Shown here piece after piece: positions 17,300 to 26,433 of a DNA stretch of 62,536 bases (positions within the stretch are counted from its first letter, which is position 1; each line of letters begins with the position of its first letter). The position numbers and the translations under genes were made by a program. The notes under the pieces were generated by a model. It was given only the letters and a program-made list of their open reading frames with translations. It did not search any database and was not told where the DNA came from. Origin of the DNA: an uncultured Gammaproteobacteria bacterium (lineage in GTDB: Bacteria; Patescibacteriota; Microgenomatia; UBA8517); NCBI GenBank assembly GCA_964357925.1, contig CAYHMW010000004.1, forward strand, positions 1 to 62,536, written 5' to 3'.

Positions 17300-17996
17300 A
17301 CTTCCTCACAAACAAACTCCTATGGTGAGGTGTCAGCCCGTATAGTGCTATCGCGTCTCTGTGTGCTTTTGTACCATAACCAACATTACTACCCCAGTAG
17401 TATTGTTCGTGCTCACAAGCAAGCCTGTGCATAAGCTCGTCTCTATAAACTTTAGCGATTATCGAGGCAGCAGCAATTGAAAAACTAACTGAATCTCCCT
17501 TCACAATTGCAGTTTGCCTAGTTCTTGGAATTCCCCTCAAATACGGGATATAAAACGCATCAACCAGAAGATGGGATGTCTGATGTGACATTTGTGCAAT
17601 AGCCCTTCTGTAAGCCATATTCGTGGCGAGAACAATGCCAAACTTGTTAATTTCAGCTACAGATCCTTCCCCGATCCCAAATGTTAAACAATTTCCCCTA
17701 ATCCACTTATCCGCCACCTCGCGCTCAAGCCTTGTGAGTTGCTTCGAATCATCAATCCGAACACTGTCATCCCGGACAAGTGAAACGCGATCCGGGATCT
17801 TAAAGTTAAAAGGCGCAAAGACGACAGTTGCAGCCACCACCGGTCCCGCCAACGCCCCTCTACCAACCTCATCCGCACCTGCCACCATCAATCCACGCTC
17901 CCAATGTGCCCTCTCATATTGAAAACCAATCATATAACCCAATAGTATAAACCACCCCAATTTTTTCAAATTATAGGATACAATCTCCTTATACAT
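17292..17996 (-). CDS. rnhB: ribonuclease HII
   Basis: GADEVGRGALAGPVVAA, DDSKQLT and DSVSFSIAAASIIAK motifs. Confidence 0.9.
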   Translation of the reverse strand: MYKEIVSYNLKKLGWFILLGYMIGFQYERAHWERGLMVAGADEVGRGALAGPVVAATVVFAPFNFKIPDRVSLVRDDSVRIDDSKQLTRLEREVADKWIRGNCLTFGIGEGSVAEINKFGIVLATNMAYRRAIAQMSHQTSHLLVDAFYIPYLRGIPRTRQTAIVKGDSVSFSIAAASIIAKVYRDELMHRLACEHEQYYWGSNVGYGTKAHRDAIALYGLTPHHRSLFVRKFI

Positions 17997-18084
17997 TCAC
18001 ATTAACAAAAGGAATTTTTCATATGACTATGGAAGATCTTCTGTACCCACACATCGAGCCAAACGAAGAGTTTATCGTTAATGC

Positions 18085-18272
18085 GCCACAGTGCCAGAAC
18101 TCGTGTTGCCACCCCTTGGGGGACAAAACCGGCAAAGAATTAGTCCAGGCACTATTGACCACCAATATTTGGCAAGGCGTCAGAACGTTGCCATTCGCAT
18201 ACACGCTAAGTGGCAAATACCTGCCGCAATCTGTGGCCGTAGTCGGAATTCGACGACAGGCCCGAGGCTAAT
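18085..18272 (+). ncRNA. candidate structured RNA with RNase P CR-I/CR-V-like motifs; identity uncertain
   Basis: GC-richer intergenic block that is open in several frames. Long-range helix GCCACAG (18085-91) / CTGTGGC (18231-37). TTAG-T-CC (18140-46) can pair with GGCTAA (18266-71), leaving a bulged T as in helix P4. ACGACAGGCCCGAGGCTAA resembles ACGACAGAACCCGGCUUA. A strong terminator follows. Confidence 0.25.
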
Positions 18273-18280
18273 TACCAAAA

Positions 18281-18314
18281 AGGTGTCCCGATTTAATCGG
18301 GACACCTTCATTTA
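18281..18314 (+). terminator. intrinsic terminator upstream of secE
   Basis: 11-bp stem AGGTGTCCCGA/TCGGGACACCT with loop TTTAA, followed by TCATTTA. Confidence 0.7.
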
Positions 18315-18347
18315 CCTCCCACTCCATGTTAAAATAGCCAGGCACAA

Positions 18348-18530
18348 ATGATTAACCCCTTAACCTACTTATCAGAAGTAAACACTGAGCTTAAAAAAGT
18401 CACCTGGCCAAAAGCAAAGGACACTATCAAATTAACCACAACCGTACTCATCATCGCAGCCATCGTAGGTGCATTTCTAGGAGCTCTCGACATCGGCTTC
18501 ACCAAATTATTGGAATTTGTCCTCACTTAA
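18348..18530 (+). CDS. secE: preprotein translocase subunit SecE
   Basis: 60 aa with the motif ELKKVTWP, a single TM, and a position directly upstream of nusG. Confidence 0.85.
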   Translation: MINPLTYLSEVNTELKKVTWPKAKDTIKLTTTVLIIAAIVGAFLGALDIGFTKLLEFVLT

Positions 18531-18564
18531 TGTATAATATTTGACATCCCCTATAACCTAAGTA

Positions 18565-19215
18565 TTGTTTTCAATGGCAGACAAAAATATAACAACAAAT
18601 CAAGCTCCCACCGGCAATGCCGGTGTGGATGAACGTGGAACAGGAAAAAAGAAAATTCCCGGTCACATTACAATTACAACTACAGATAATCCCGAAGCCA
18701 AATGGTATGTTGTACACACTGCTTCCGGCCATGAAGCGCGTGTAAGTGAAACTCTCCGCCAAAGAGTCGAATCGATGTCACTTCAAGATTTAGTATTCGA
18801 GCTCCTAGTCCCCACTCAAGATAGAGTTGTAATAAGGGGTGGCAGAAAAGCAACAGTCAAAGAAAAAATCTTCCCAGGCTATCTTCTTGTTAAAATGATC
18901 GTCACAGACAATTCCTGGCTCGCAGTACGCACAACTCCAGGAGTCACAGGATTCGTAGGAACAGGCAATCAACCCACCCCACTTTCAGACGCAGAAGTCG
19001 CAAATATCCAAAAATTCGTCAGCTCCCCAGCCCCAAGATACAAAACAAAGTTGAGCGAAGGTGAAGCAGTTAAAATCACAGATGGTCCATTCAGCGATTT
19101 CTTGGGCACAGTTCATGAGGTAGACGAAGCACGAGGCAAAGTCAAAGTCTTGGTCAGTATTTTCGGAAGAGAAACCCCAGTCGAGCTTGACTTCCTCCAA
19201 GTAGCCAAGGTCTAA
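18565..19215 (+). CDS. nusG: transcription termination/antitermination factor NusG, with an N-terminal extension
   Basis: KWYVVHTASGHE..., FPGYLLVKM and the KOW-like C-terminus GEAVKITDGPF...G.V. Confidence 0.9.
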   Translation: MFSMADKNITTNQAPTGNAGVDERGTGKKKIPGHITITTTDNPEAKWYVVHTASGHEARVSETLRQRVESMSLQDLVFELLVPTQDRVVIRGGRKATVKEKIFPGYLLVKMIVTDNSWLAVRTTPGVTGFVGTGNQPTPLSDAEVANIQKFVSSPAPRYKTKLSEGEAVKITDGPFSDFLGTVHEVDEARGKVKVLVSIFGRETPVELDFLQVAKV

Positions 19216-19262
19216 ACAAACTTAAGTCTTGACATTCCATATCCAACAGTGGAAAATAAGCC

Positions 19263-19463
19263 ATGCCAAATCACGAACCAAAAACAGAACACATTCCTAC
19301 TGGTTCAAAGGAAACCCACGCTGAAAGAGAAGCCAGAGGCAATGAATACATGAGAGAAGAAATCACACAAAAACAAAAGGCTCTTGATGCCAAACCTAAG
19401 ACGCTCCAAGCAATGCAGGATGCTTCGACACGATACCACACAAGGTTTAAGCCAACAAGTTAA
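19263..19463 (+). CDS. hypothetical protein
   Basis: ORF track only. Confidence 0.35.
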   Translation: MPNHEPKTEHIPTGSKETHAEREARGNEYMREEITQKQKALDAKPKTLQAMQDASTRYHTRFKPTS

Positions 19464-19585
19464 CATCTAACAAGATCCCTTAGGTATTCAAAATTTCAAG
19501 ACCTCACTTGACGCCCATTACAAAAGAAGGTTGCCAGACAAGAGTACAAGGGACAGAGGTCAAGGTACTAAAAGTAAAACCCCCT

Positions 19586-19614
19586 TTGACATTTTCTGCC
19601 ATACCCCATATAAT
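19586..19614 (+). promoter_or_regulatory. consensus sigma70 promoter
   Basis: TTGACA (19586-19591), a 17-nt spacer, then TATAAT (19609-19614). The ATG at 19626 implies a leader of only a few nt. Confidence 0.6.
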
Positions 19615-19625
19615 AACAATCAACA

Positions 19626-20201
19626 ATGCCTATATATTTAGAAAGAGACCCAAACAACCAGGCTACCTTTTTGGATCCCAGTGAAGCCCGCAAAAGAGAA
19701 CAAGAAGCGGCAGATACAGGCCGCAAGACACCTATTCAAGTGATCCACGCACAGCTTGGCGAGTTAGAACCACTTATTAGACAACATCATAAATTCCGCA
19801 CTGGCGGCTTTGGCGAAAGAGTGATCGATATAACTAAAAAGGAAATAGCCTCAACAATCAGACACCTAGGTGCATCCTATGTTATTGCATCATCATCCAA
19901 ACAATCAATTGAACTAACAGAGAAAGCTCTTAATAAACATGATTTGTCCATAACAGAACAAGCTGCTCACAAAGCCCTAGATCCTCGGGAGACTCAAACC
20001 ATATATCTCAATCCAGATCTTGCAGACACCCAAGAATCACCACGAGTAGAGTTCAATACTTTTGATGAAATTTCTACCCAAGAAGCCCTGGAGTTATCAA
20101 ATGCAGATCTCAAAACCTTCGAAACAGGTATCGCCCAGCACGACGCCGACGTTTTATCAGACCTCAGACAGCTTGTTGCCTCGATGGGTGCTGGAGACTA
20201 A
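19626..20201 (+). CDS. hypothetical protein
   Basis: ORF track, with a consensus promoter directly upstream. Confidence 0.5.
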   Translation: MPIYLERDPNNQATFLDPSEARKREQEAADTGRKTPIQVIHAQLGELEPLIRQHHKFRTGGFGERVIDITKKEIASTIRHLGASYVIASSSKQSIELTEKALNKHDLSITEQAAHKALDPRETQTIYLNPDLADTQESPRVEFNTFDEISTQEALELSNADLKTFETGIAQHDADVLSDLRQLVASMGAGD

Positions 20202-20229
20202 TTAATTTTATCTACTAAAAGACGTCGTC

Positions 20230-20964
20230 CTATCTACGCTTACCAACATAAGCAGGATCCGCTGGCCTCTCAGGAGCATCCCCTTCAAAATCTGGATCGA
20301 ATTTGACAGTTTCAGCCTCTTGAGTGGCATGTTCATCATCATCAAAATCGTCACCAAATCTCACTTGCTTAGTAGGCTGAGTATCTGTACCAGACCCTTT
20401 ATCAGAATATACTGTATGCATAGTCTGCTCACGCCTAGGATCAAAATGCTCACTGGCTTCTTCTTCCTGAACTACCTGAAAAAAAGCATCTAAAACGAGA
20501 GATCGATCTTCCCCACGAGCTTCAGCTACCTCCGTCAATCTGCCCTTCGCGAAACTAATAGCTGCCGGATTATATTTACCCAGCAATTCTCTCACCTTAT
20601 CTAGCCAATAATCCTTATTTCCATCATCTTCCCCACTAACTTGAAATTTATGTATGTCATCATAGCCCACAAAAATAGAAATATCCGTCACAAGATGTTG
20701 CCCTTTCTCAGCTTCCGATATGCGTCTTTCTAGCTCCTTCGGATCAATCGCTTTCAATGCTTTTTTTTGTGCTTCATCCAAATTTAATACATCAATCCTT
20801 CTTTCATAAACGACATCAGCTACTTTCCTTCCCTGTGGTATTTCACTTGCTCTATAAGCTTTTAAAGCTTCTGCCTCGTGAGTCAAACGATCCGGGCCTG
20901 CTTTTTTAAGAACATCAAGCACACTCCCGTGCCAAGGACTTCTCTCTAGTGTACTTACTCCCAT
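20230..20964 (-). CDS. hypothetical acidic protein
   Basis: ORF track only. Confidence 0.45.
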   Translation of the reverse strand: MGVSTLERSPWHGSVLDVLKKAGPDRLTHEAEALKAYRASEIPQGRKVADVVYERRIDVLNLDEAQKKALKAIDPKELERRISEAEKGQHLVTDISIFVGYDDIHKFQVSGEDDGNKDYWLDKVRELLGKYNPAAISFAKGRLTEVAEARGEDRSLVLDAFFQVVQEEEASEHFDPRREQTMHTVYSDKGSGTDTQPTKQVRFGDDFDDDEHATQEAETVKFDPDFEGDAPERPADPAYVGKRR

Positions 20965-21072
20965 AGTTCCAATATTTTATCACAACAACTTTACTTTTTC
21001 CACTTATTCCCCTAAAATACCCCTACCTCGCTTAAGCACGCTTATTCGAGGGAGATTTTTTATAAAATCGAA

Positions 21073-21498
21073 ATGGCAAAGAAAATCAAAACAACTGTAA
21101 AAGTAAACCTCAAAGCTGGTGAAGCAACCCCAGCTCCTCCACTTGGACCCATTTTAGGCCAGCATGGTGTTGCAATCATGGAATTCGTCAAGGCTTATAA
21201 CGACCGTACCATGGCAATGAAAGGCAACGTGCTCCCCGCCCTCATTACAATTTACGAGGACAGAAGTTTTGATTTTGAGATCAAAATTGCCCCAGTATCC
21301 AATCTTATCAAGAAACAGTTGCAAATTGACAAAGGCTCAGGCACAACTCCACGCGCAATAGTAGGTACCCTTACAAAAGCTGATCTAGGGTCCATCGCAC
21401 AAGAAAAACTTGGAGACCTAAATACCAAAGACCTCGAAGCAGCAAAGAAAATAGTAGCAGGAACAGCCCGCTCAATGGGCGTCAAAGTAGAAGAATAA
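21073..21498 (+). CDS. rplK: 50S ribosomal protein L11
   Basis: KLKAGEATPAPPLGPILGQHGV..FVKAYND is a canonical L11 N-terminus. Confidence 0.95.
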   Translation: MAKKIKTTVKVNLKAGEATPAPPLGPILGQHGVAIMEFVKAYNDRTMAMKGNVLPALITIYEDRSFDFEIKIAPVSNLIKKQLQIDKGSGTTPRAIVGTLTKADLGSIAQEKLGDLNTKDLEAAKKIVAGTARSMGVKVEE

Positions 21499-22205
21499 TG
21501 GGCAAGACCAAAACAGCACCAGTCAATGATGATGTCAAATCAAAAAAAGAGGAGACTAATGCTGTCGTGGATAAAAAAGTTGAAGCCAAGACCAAAAAAT
21601 CCCGCGTAAGGGGCAAAAACTACCTCGCGGCACGAGCAGGCATCGACAAAAACAGAAGTTACCCTCTAAACGAAGCAATTGCCAAAATAAAGGAGACTTC
21701 GTACACAAAATTTGATGCGACAGTTGAGCTTCACGTCACAGTCAAAAAACAGGGCCTTAGCGTCCAGACAACCCTTCCCCATGGCACAGGCAAACAAAAA
21801 AAAGTAGAGGTTGCAAACGACGAAACCATCAAAAAGCTTGAGGATGGCAAAGTCGATTTCGATGTCCTATTGGCCACTGCCGATATGATGCCACGACTTG
21901 TTCCCTTTGCCAAAATTCTTGGTCCCCGAGGCCTCATGCCTAATCCAAAAACAGGGACATTAATAAAAACAGCAGGAGACGCCAAAAATTTCTCTCAAAA
22001 TAAAATCACCATAAAAACAGAGAAGAAAGCTCCCATTATTCATGTTTCAGTCGGAAAGTTAAGCCTCACTGACAGTCAAATTACAGAAAACACACAAACA
22101 GTAATCGAAGCACTCGGCAAAAACCAAGCAGTAAAGGCTCATCTCAGCTCCACAATGTCTCCTAGCTTAAAGCTGAGCCTTGATGGTCTTGAGCGACCTG
22201 TTTAA
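21498..22205 (+). CDS. rplA: 50S ribosomal protein L1
   Basis: FDATVELHV, LPHGTGK and LGPRGLMPNPKTGT motifs. Confidence 0.95.
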   Translation: MGKTKTAPVNDDVKSKKEETNAVVDKKVEAKTKKSRVRGKNYLAARAGIDKNRSYPLNEAIAKIKETSYTKFDATVELHVTVKKQGLSVQTTLPHGTGKQKKVEVANDETIKKLEDGKVDFDVLLATADMMPRLVPFAKILGPRGLMPNPKTGTLIKTAGDAKNFSQNKITIKTEKKAPIIHVSVGKLSLTDSQITENTQTVIEALGKNQAVKAHLSSTMSPSLKLSLDGLERPV

Positions 22206-23157
22206 TAACATTAAAATAAGATTTTTCATTGGGATTCTCCGTAACGTACTCCTCCATCCACCCCACAAACTCTTTTGACCTAAAACCCTTACTAACCACT
22301 TCCTCGTCAACAGGCGACTGTTCCTTTCCCCACACGCTCCTCACAAATTCCTGACGCTTTTCAGGAGGATCCCAGTCCACTAACTGTCCAAACCTCATAG
22401 TAGCAAAATTAAGAAAAAATCTAGGATTTACGGTACTTTTATCAGGGTCCTCAGACGCACCCTCACGAATCAACCCTGCTACAGAGCCTTCATCATCTTT
22501 CCTAAAATAAGAACTGCCTATCTGATCCATCGCCATCACAAATCGAAAAAACTCAGGTTCCCTTTGATCCCGTACGTATTCCCGTACGCCAAAAATAAAA
22601 CGGGTGTTTGATATTAAAAGCGTAGAGAGCTTGATGTAAGCTTCCTTTTTATCCAGAGGAATACTATTATCATTTCGAATCATCTGCTGCATAATAGCAA
22701 TACTCCTGTCCTCTGCTTCTTGTGGATTTCCATTAGCGTCCGTTTTTGCACGGTATTTATCAAGATATTTGGGAACTAAATTGCCTCTTTGGTCAACGCT
22801 TACCCCCTCCATTATATTCCCCGTATCATGCGCCGAAAACGCTATCTCACACACAACTTTAAACTCCTGCAAATCCACAATCTCATGGCCAGGATTATTT
22901 TCGTTCCAACGCTCAAGATCTTTTTGAAGATTAAACCACTCATCTTTCCCTTCTATAGCAGCATCAATAGTAACAAGTGCAGATTCTATCGCAGCATCAA
23001 TATGTTCCTCATTGTGAAAATCTGGCCCCTCAATTTTTTTATGAAACTCTCCATGCCACTCCAATGCCTGGCGGTGAATCTCCGACGGATTAACAGCCTC
23101 TTTTTCCCCACCATCCTTCGATATCTCACTAACACTCTGCTCTGGAACTTCAACCAT
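22162..23157 (-). CDS. hypothetical protein, possibly HD-domain-like
   Basis: ORF track. An H...HD-like pattern (HNEEHIDAAI ... FSAHDTGNI) seen by eye. Confidence 0.4.
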   Translation of the reverse strand: MVEVPEQSVSEISKDGGEKEAVNPSEIHRQALEWHGEFHKKIEGPDFHNEEHIDAAIESALVTIDAAIEGKDEWFNLQKDLERWNENNPGHEIVDLQEFKVVCEIAFSAHDTGNIMEGVSVDQRGNLVPKYLDKYRAKTDANGNPQEAEDRSIAIMQQMIRNDNSIPLDKKEAYIKLSTLLISNTRFIFGVREYVRDQREPEFFRFVMAMDQIGSSYFRKDDEGSVAGLIREGASEDPDKSTVNPRFFLNFATMRFGQLVDWDPPEKRQEFVRSVWGKEQSPVDEEVVSKGFRSKEFVGWMEEYVTENPNEKSYFNVIKQVAQDHQGSALS

Positions 23158-23207
23158 ACGCCCAATATAACAAAAAAGGGGGTAGTAAACAACTACCCCT
23201 CAACTTC

Positions 23208-23690
23208 CTAGCGGACAGCACGAGATTCAAAAATCTCAATTGCTCTCCCCAACGCTTCAGGCGGCCACTGCCCACCAGCCAGCTTCTTATTTAAGCTCTC
23301 CCGAGCGATCGACTGATTGTTTTGAAAGATTCGGACATCCCTCCAAGCAATTAGCAACATCCGAACAAAAAAACGGACTCCTTCATCACGACCCATCTCA
23401 TCCTCGCCAACCACGACATCAATCAATTTTTGTACTTTAGCCTCGGTCGGATATCTCCCCGTCGCACTTGCAGATTTTAAGTCCATTCCCAACACATCAT
23501 CGATCACCTTTACCATCTGATCTGGAAAACTCAAATTGACGAATTTTACAAACGTTTCCGTCTGCCATGCTCTAAGATGGTCTTCTCTATAGGAAAAAAC
23601 CACATCCTGCGCCAATGTTGCCATCATTCCCTCACTCTCACTAACATTCCAACTGAGGGTATTATATATGAATAGTTTGCCAATCATCAA
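23208..23690 (-). CDS. hypothetical protein
   Basis: ORF track only. Confidence 0.4.
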   Translation of the reverse strand: MMIGKLFIYNTLSWNVSESEGMMATLAQDVVFSYREDHLRAWQTETFVKFVNLSFPDQMVKVIDDVLGMDLKSASATGRYPTEAKVQKLIDVVVGEDEMGRDEGVRFFVRMLLIAWRDVRIFQNNQSIARESLNKKLAGGQWPPEALGRAIEIFESRAVR

Positions 23691-23814
23691 ATTCTTCTGC
23701 TATACTAACCCGACAACCAAAGACAGGAGGCTCCGCCTATTGGCAGAATAAGCCCTCCCGAGGCTGATACTTCATTTAGTACCCCTCATATTTGGTTCAT
23801 TATTAATCTGACAC

Positions 23815-24342
23815 ATGACACCTAAATCAAAAATTAAACAAGAAAAAGTAGACGCAGTCAAAATGCTTTCTGATGCATTTAAATCAGCTCACTCTGCTAC
23901 ATTTATCGACTACACAGGGATGAACGTAGTCGCTATGAACAATCTTCGCACAAAACTCTCAGAAGTCGGTGCCAGAATCCTCATTGCCAAAAATACCCTC
24001 ATCGGCATCGCAGCTCACGAAGCCAAAATGCCAGAAGAGCTCTCGTCAGTGCTTGAAGGACAAACCGCAGTCATTTTCGGCGACAATGATGCAGTTGCCC
24101 CAATCCAAGCTATAGGCAAATTCACAAAAGAAACAGAGCTAGCAACTTTCAAAGCAGGAATCGTTGAAGGTGCATTCCAAGACAAAGTTGGTCTTACAAA
24201 AATCTCCACTCTCCCCAACCGAGAACAATTATATGCAAATACCCTCGGAGCAATCTCTGCTCCACTTTATGGCATTGTTGGCACACTACAAGGCAATCTA
24301 CAAAAATTAGTATATTTATTGGATCAAAAATCTAAACAGTAA
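23815..24342 (+). CDS. rplJ: 50S ribosomal protein L10
   Basis: L10-like sequence (FIDYTGMNV...LR..L). Position immediately upstream of rplL. Confidence 0.9.
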   Translation: MTPKSKIKQEKVDAVKMLSDAFKSAHSATFIDYTGMNVVAMNNLRTKLSEVGARILIAKNTLIGIAAHEAKMPEELSSVLEGQTAVIFGDNDAVAPIQAIGKFTKETELATFKAGIVEGAFQDKVGLTKISTLPNREQLYANTLGAISAPLYGIVGTLQGNLQKLVYLLDQKSKQ

Positions 24343-24356
24343 GGGGGGTGATTACT

Positions 24357-24791
24357 ATGACAGACAAACAAGACAAAACAAGCGAAGCGAAGTCCGCCTC
24401 TGGCGGAAACGTAGCAAGCTTAGTTGAAGATATCAGCAAACTGACTGTCCTCGAATTGAGCGAACTCGTTTCCGAGCTTCAAGACAAATTAGGCGTTTCC
24501 GCCATGCCAATGGCAGCTGCACCAGTAGCAGGCGCCGCCGCAGTAGCCGAGGCTGGAGCCGCCGAAGATGACGGTGGGAACAAGACTGTTGTAATCACCG
24601 CTGTCGCAGACGACAAAAAGATTTCAGTCATCAAAGCAATCCGTTTGATCGACCAAAATCTAGGATTAAAAGAAGCAAAAGATATGACAGAAAATGTCCC
24701 TGCAGAAGTATTAAAAGACGCAAAACCAGAAGCAGCGAAAGAAGCAGCCGCTAAATTAAAGGAAGCCGGAGCGACAGTAGAATTGAAGTAA
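24357..24791 (+). CDS. rplL: 50S ribosomal protein L7/L12
   Basis: AAGGGGGG RBS. N-terminal dimerisation helix, Ala-rich hinge, and C-terminal KIxVIKAIR...GLKEAKD...KLKEAGA.VELK. Confidence 0.95.
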   Translation: MTDKQDKTSEAKSASGGNVASLVEDISKLTVLELSELVSELQDKLGVSAMPMAAAPVAGAAAVAEAGAAEDDGGNKTVVITAVADDKKISVIKAIRLIDQNLGLKEAKDMTENVPAEVLKDAKPEAAKEAAAKLKEAGATVELK

Positions 24792-24816
24792 TGTTCTACT
24801 TCCAACCAAAAAAAGT

Positions 24817-24832
24817 GGGCCCCTCGGGGCCC
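24817..24832. terminator. GC hairpin between convergent units; the T run lies on the minus-strand side
   Basis: GGGCCC-CTCG-GGGCCC, preceded on the plus strand by AAAAAAA. This reads as hairpin plus T run on the minus strand. Confidence 0.5.
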
Positions 24833-25158
24833 GCTGTATCGGTAGATACATCTAATTTACAACCGTTTCTACGACCTTAACCTCGCTAATATCCAAGGTA
24901 CGACAAAGTTCCTCAAGGTCCCTCCGACGCCCAAGCAAGTTTGAATAAGCAACAAACCCACTCGGAACCAACAAATCGTTGACTTCGGTAAATCCACTTG
25001 GAATTTCTCTACTTCGCTCCAAATCAATTGGAACGACAAGAAGCCAAAGCGATAGCCCTTAAACACTCCTCTCTCTAAGACCAAATTATGATACTAGATA
25101 CTACAAATATCTCCTAACATAAATTGGGGCAGGCCTCAGCCTACCCCAATACGCTACG

Positions 25159-25503
25159 CTACACATACAAATGGACATCCTCCACCCCCATTCCAAAGAC
25201 CTTGGCCACATCTGAAATGTTTCTTACTCCTTCCAAAGTCTTATAGACGAACCCCTTGGTTCCAATCTGCCAACCTTCGACTCCCAGGGTTCTCCAAAAA
25301 AACTCTGAGTCCCGCCGACAGATACAAACCGCGTCCATTACTTTACCCCTTCGGGCTTCCATCAAGATGACGGCATTGCAGCCATCTTCAAAAGCCCCTT
25401 TCAACGCCTCTCGGCAGGTAACAAAACCCACCTTCAAAACCACTGTTCTTGTGGCCATCGAAATCTCCTTTCCAGCCATAACTATACACGCAGCTTGCAC
25501 CAA
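25159..25503 (-). CDS. hypothetical small protein (the likely start is the internal ATG at 25458, MATRTVVLKV...)
   Basis: ORF track. Possible paralog of the adjacent 91-aa ORF. Confidence 0.4.
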   Translation of the reverse strand: MVQAACIVMAGKEISMATRTVVLKVGFVTCREALKGAFEDGCNAVILMEARRGKVMDAVCICRRDSEFFWRTLGVEGWQIGTKGFVYKTLEGVRNISDVAKVFGMGVEDVHLYV

Positions 25504-25757
25504 ATTTCCTCTGCGCCACTTGGGCCCAGATTGTAAACTTTCTTCACCAAAATCGATGTGTCTGCGACACGAGTATACGCAATTGCCTCAGGCACAACTT
25601 GCGCAACAATGCGCGCAACCCTTAAGTCCCGACAATAAACAGCAACATCTTGCGGCGCATCACCAACGAGCAGTAACGCAACATCACACCTTGCATTTAG
25701 CCTCTCCTCAGCTTCTTTAGGGCTTTTTACCAAAACAACCTTTAAAAGTGCAGTCAT
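25482..25757 (-). CDS. hypothetical small protein
   Basis: ORF track only. Confidence 0.4.
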   Translation of the reverse strand: MTALLKVVLVKSPKEAEERLNARCDVALLLVGDAPQDVAVYCRDLRVARIVAQVVPEAIAYTRVADTSILVKKVYNLGPSGAEEIWCKLRV

Positions 25758-25870
25758 AACCTACCTCCCATCGAAACAAAAGATAAATCAATTATAGGCT
25801 ACATGTTTACAATCCACAAATTGACTAGTAAAATAGCCAATCAGAAAGTAGTTTCAAAAGGAGAACAACT

Positions 25871-26314
25871 GTGGACACCACAGAACGTCTGATTGCAGAA
25901 CTTAACCAGTTTCTATTTGAAGAAGGTTGCACTTTGCGCATCAGAACAGAAGGGAGTAGTACGTTCTTAGGAAATTCGAGGCTGGAAATCCAAGTCAGAA
26001 TTTCTGACATCGTCCGGCAACACACCAATTCGCTCACTGCCCCAAAATCTAATGCCGATACGCTTAGGGCAGAAGTGACCAAACTCTGCGAACAGTACCG
26101 GTCCAAAACCGACCCGACTGGCAGAAAAGGTGCATTAGTGGCAACGGTTTTTCACGCTATTTTTGAACTTGGCATATACTCAAATTCCAAAAACATAAAT
26201 GGTATCACCGTTGCTGTAACGCCTAATACCATCAACCCAGATTTACGCGAGAAGATCGACTACCAGGAGATCAGTTTACACATTGCACTCGCTACTATCG
26301 ATTTATGGGGCTAG
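25871..26314 (+). CDS. hypothetical protein
   Basis: ORF track, with an AAGGAG RBS upstream and an intrinsic terminator downstream. Confidence 0.5.
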   Translation: MDTTERLIAELNQFLFEEGCTLRIRTEGSSTFLGNSRLEIQVRISDIVRQHTNSLTAPKSNADTLRAEVTKLCEQYRSKTDPTGRKGALVATVFHAIFELGIYSNSKNINGITVAVTPNTINPDLREKIDYQEISLHIALATIDLWG

Positions 26315-26332
26315 TAGTAGCAGAAATCTTTT

Positions 26333-26370
26333 CCCCGCTCCACCAATTGGCGCAGCGGGGATATTTTTTA
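26333..26370 (+). terminator. intrinsic terminator
   Basis: Stem CCCCGCT/AGCGGGG followed by ATATTTTTTA. Confidence 0.7.
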
Positions 26371-26372
26371 CA

Positions 26373-26410
26373 TAAAAAAAGTGCGCTCCGGGTACATACC
26401 AAGAGCGCAC
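26373..26410 (-). terminator. intrinsic terminator for the minus-strand ORF 26434..26922
   Basis: Stem GTGCGCTC/GAGCGCAC, with a T run on the minus strand (AAAAAAA on the plus strand at 26374-26380). Confidence 0.7.
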
Positions 26411-26433
26411 CGGCAAAAGTGATTCGGAGGCAA

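Noticed and set aside
18023-18271. ORF 18023..18271(+), 82 aa, as a protein-coding gene.
   Set aside because: Not fully rejected. It has an AAGGA 9 nt upstream and a terminator downstream. However, the region is open in two plus-strand frames and one minus-strand frame and is GC-enriched, which fits a structured RNA better. It is reported as an ambiguous locus in the findings.
23691-23814. Possible ribosomal protein L10 leader (autoregulatory RNA) upstream of rplJ.
   Set aside because: The position is right and short GGAGG/CCTCC pairings exist. However, I could not reproduce the conserved L10-leader fold by eye, so it needs a covariance-model search.
24855-25084. ORF 24869..25084(-), and an alternative 68-codon open frame ending at 24852-24854 (…VVPIDLERSREIPSGFTEVNDLLVPSGFVAYSNLLGRRRDLEELCRTLDISEVKVVETVVN).
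   Set aside because: The listed ORF looks non-protein-like. The alternative frame looks more protein-like but has no ATG or GTG start, only a TTG giving about 55 aa. I could not assign a family, so it is left uncalled and may be a gene remnant.
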